Below are positions 61,401 to 64,000 of a stretch of 64,000 nt of DNA, one piece after another (the stretch's first letter is position 1; the number at the start of each line of letters is the position of its first letter). Under the pieces are notes generated by a model that ran no database searches, was not told the origin of the DNA, and worked only from the letters and a program-made list of their open reading frames with translations. The DNA is taken from the NCBI GenBank assembly GCA_010909165.1, contig VJWM01000011.1, positions 1 to 64,000 on the forward strand. The letters run 5' to 3'. Source of the DNA: Anthoceros angustus (taxonomy: Eukaryota; Plantae; Anthocerotophyta). Both the position numbers and the translations under genes were made by a program.

Positions 61401-62500
61401 CTCGCACATGTGGAAGAGGCAATCCAAAGAATTGACTCGGATTTTGCTACCACGCCGAGCTCCTTAAGGCATTGAAGCCCGCCACAAACGGACGGACCCA
61501 AGGCTCAAGGGATGAAGGACATGGGGATGACGGACCCTAGTGGCCCTTGGAGACGGAGCTGGGGAGAAGAGCCTCAGGAGCAGGACGGCCAATACAACGG
61601 ACCTCGTGGTAAGTCCACCGCAACCCGCCGGAGGAGGATGGGCGCCAAGGAGAAGCCAACCCACCCAAGACAAGGGCCTGTGGGATGATAGCAAAGAGGT
61701 CCGCAGGGTCCGGAGCTTGGACCGGACGACAAGACCCGACCGAGGTCCGAACCCCAGAGATGAGACCGACCTGCACGGGACGAAATAAGGCGACTCAAGT
61801 TCGGACTTTGAGACCGGACCGAGGTCCGACTCAGAAGCAAGGAGGAGTCCCTCCGACTTACGCCGGGGAGCACTGGTGGCCCTACGGAGGGACCCACTGG
61901 GGAAGACGTGGTAACGGCGGCCGCCGCACGCCGAGCCCAACCCGATGTGATTCCGGAAGAGGAAGGGTCCGCGGATCATCCGATTGCGCCGCAAACGCCG
62001 TGGACGGGAGATTGGACCACCAATACCGAGACGGAACCTGTGACCTTCCCAGCCCACCACGAAGGAGATAGGAGGAGGAATAGGATGGTAGGGCCGACAG
62101 CGAATGGCCACCACTAATAGGGTAATAAAGACGCCGACTTGGGCGTAGTATAAGAGGGCCGAGGCCCAATAAATCATCTTCTCTGGTGTTGATGCCGCTT
62201 GCACCTTGTGTGTCTTCATGCTAACGTGAGTCCCGAGTCATCGAAAGGTGCACGGCCTCCCGAGAGAGATCAAGGTCCCGTGACGGACCCTAACGTGTGG
62301 TGGTGTGCAGGGAAGAGCGATCGGGACGCCAGGGCCGCCGGGGTGGACCGAACGTGAGCCGGAGGAACCCGGAGGGCGGCAGAGTCTGGACGAGAGGCCC
62401 TTGAGCAACGAGGAGGTCCGGACCGTAGCCACTTCATGCTCTTTCCAAGGTTGATGAGTGAGAGTGATGAGAGGAACGGACTAAAGGAACGAGTGACGGC
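58499..62500 (+). other. GC-rich, intron-free block with broken coiled-coil/charged reading frames; probable decayed transposon of unknown class
   Basis: Abrupt change in composition; fragments such as EEKEARDKEMEDLLT...QQEMEDRKETRAAAQV; no second LTR, RT or transposase motif recognised. Confidence 0.3.
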
Positions 62501-63689
62501 GGGAACGATACGGACGCAAACGGGTCTCAAACGCTTGGCCACACCGCCCGCTCGTGAACGTTATGAGTAGAAGAAGAAAACGACGATTGCGTGTTAAAGT
62601 TGAGCGACGCAAGGTGAGAATCGTAAACGCCGCAACGAGCTTATCATTCTCTTGGAACGGACTTTACTACAACGACACGGGATTGTGGCGCCGGCTGGTC
62701 GTCCGAAAGTCGCGCCACACCGGTAACGCCCAATTAAATTGTTAATCTGCCAGGCCAGCTTCGTTCTGTGGTTGGGCTGGGGTTGGTGACCATGGTTTAG
62801 GCGGGGATTGGTTTGCCCGCTTCTGACATGAAGGGGGCGTGCGCACACATTTATGTGCACAAGCCACCTTCATGCGCCCGCACGCCACCCCCGATGATGC
62901 GGGCGGACTGTGGACCGTGGATGCCCCTTTATGGATGCCACACATCACCTTTCGATTTCCCCCTGGGGTGTTTTGCTTCTTGAAAAATGTCATTTCGGCA
63001 TAGGGTATTGCCAACCTGCCACCTATTTTTCGCCCATCCGTATACCTGCCGTATTTATCGTGAAAACATCTTGACGTATTTGTATGTATGAGGATTGTAT
63101 GTACGAGGATTGTATGTATTGTTCTACATATTTGGTATACACCATCTAGAATAAAAGCATTAATTCCAGAGCATTTGTAAATCGTTGTATGTATCATGCC
63201 AGGTGCTATGCACCATGCTTCATATGCATAATCTAATACTCCCGAGTGGGGTATTTGAGCTTTGTCGCTCGGATGCGCTTATGGCCTTTGGCCTTTTCCG
63301 CTCGCGACCTTCTACACACATTTGGTGCCTTGCGCCAAGGCCGTTTTCTCAGTGCATGATCCCGGCTAAGGAGGGTTCTCCCACATAGACACCAAACAGA
63401 CGATGATCCAAACAAGAAAGGGACCAATCGAACACCAATCTTACACAAGAAACCGTGTGACCGCTTGCTTTTGCCACATCTTCCCTCTTGAAGCTGCCAC
63501 GGCCCTCATACTCGCACTTCCATATGTGGGGCCACCCCTTTCGTCGAAGCAGAATTTCCCTTTCCCTTGCGGTTTTGGGTTGTCACTGACCTCGGTTCTT
63601 CCTGGAATTGTGCACTTTCAGCGTCCGAGTCACTCCCATCATTAGCCGACCTACCTCCATCTCCTGCGCCGTCTTCCTCATGACCCTCC

Positions 63690-64000
63690 TCTTCCTCCTC
63701 AGGGCATCTACCATGAGATTCTCCTTCCCTGGCTTGTACTTGATAGACACATCATACATTGCTAGGAAATTTTGCCATCTAGCTTATCTAGGACTTAGTC
63801 ACAACCAATTAGTAAAAAGGCTTGTGCTCACATTGTTTGTGTAGATCTTCATAGAAGATAGTGTCTACAAATCTTGAGACAAATGGTGACAGCAGTCATC
63901 TCCTTTTCAGAATGGGGTTCCTTTCATGTTTATGCAAGTTCCTTGACTTGTAAGCCACTTGCCTATCTTTTTGCATAAGCACTCTTCCGATTGCATAGCT
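63690..64000 (-). pseudogene. Degenerate Ty3/gypsy RNase H fragment (runs off the window end)
   Basis: Minus-strand translation: YAIGRVLMQKDRQVAYKSR...EKEMTAVTICLKICRHYLL...ARWQNFLAMYDVSIKYKPGKENLMVDALRR. Confidence 0.75.

Overview
Eukaryotic green-plant (streptophyte-type) nuclear DNA with short spliceosomal introns; the species cannot be determined from the sequence. Host genes reconstructed exon by exon: a plastid-type 13-lipoxygenase (minus, 9 exons), a PAA1/HMA6-like chloroplast Cu(+)-ATPase (minus, 17 exons), a ~1050-aa disordered protein with an N-terminal MGxCxS acylation motif (plus, 4 exons), a 492-aa catalase (plus, 8 exons) and an ENH1-like PDZ-rubredoxin protein (plus, 6 exons). 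There is also an intronless 568-aa ORF whose OTU protease motifs are separated by large repeat-rich in-frame insertions. Roughly half of the window is transposon-derived. A complete 19.8-kb Ty3/gypsy chromovirus (289-bp LTRs, ATGGG target-site duplication, tRNA-iMet primer-binding site) has its gag interrupted by a 12.4-kb DNA transposon with CCCTA...TAGGG 29-bp terminal inverted repeats and a 3-bp target-site duplication (CACTA/EnSpm-like). A 5'-truncated CRE-like non-LTR element lies next to a 2.9-kb array of ~43-bp repeats. A decayed MULE/SWIM transposase and a gypsy RNase H fragment follow. Many transposon segments occur as adjacent, indel-rich 'jump-back' duplications, and two host genes each lack one base in a homopolymer run. 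Together these point to residual long-read or assembly error, so fine structure inside the repeats should be treated with caution.
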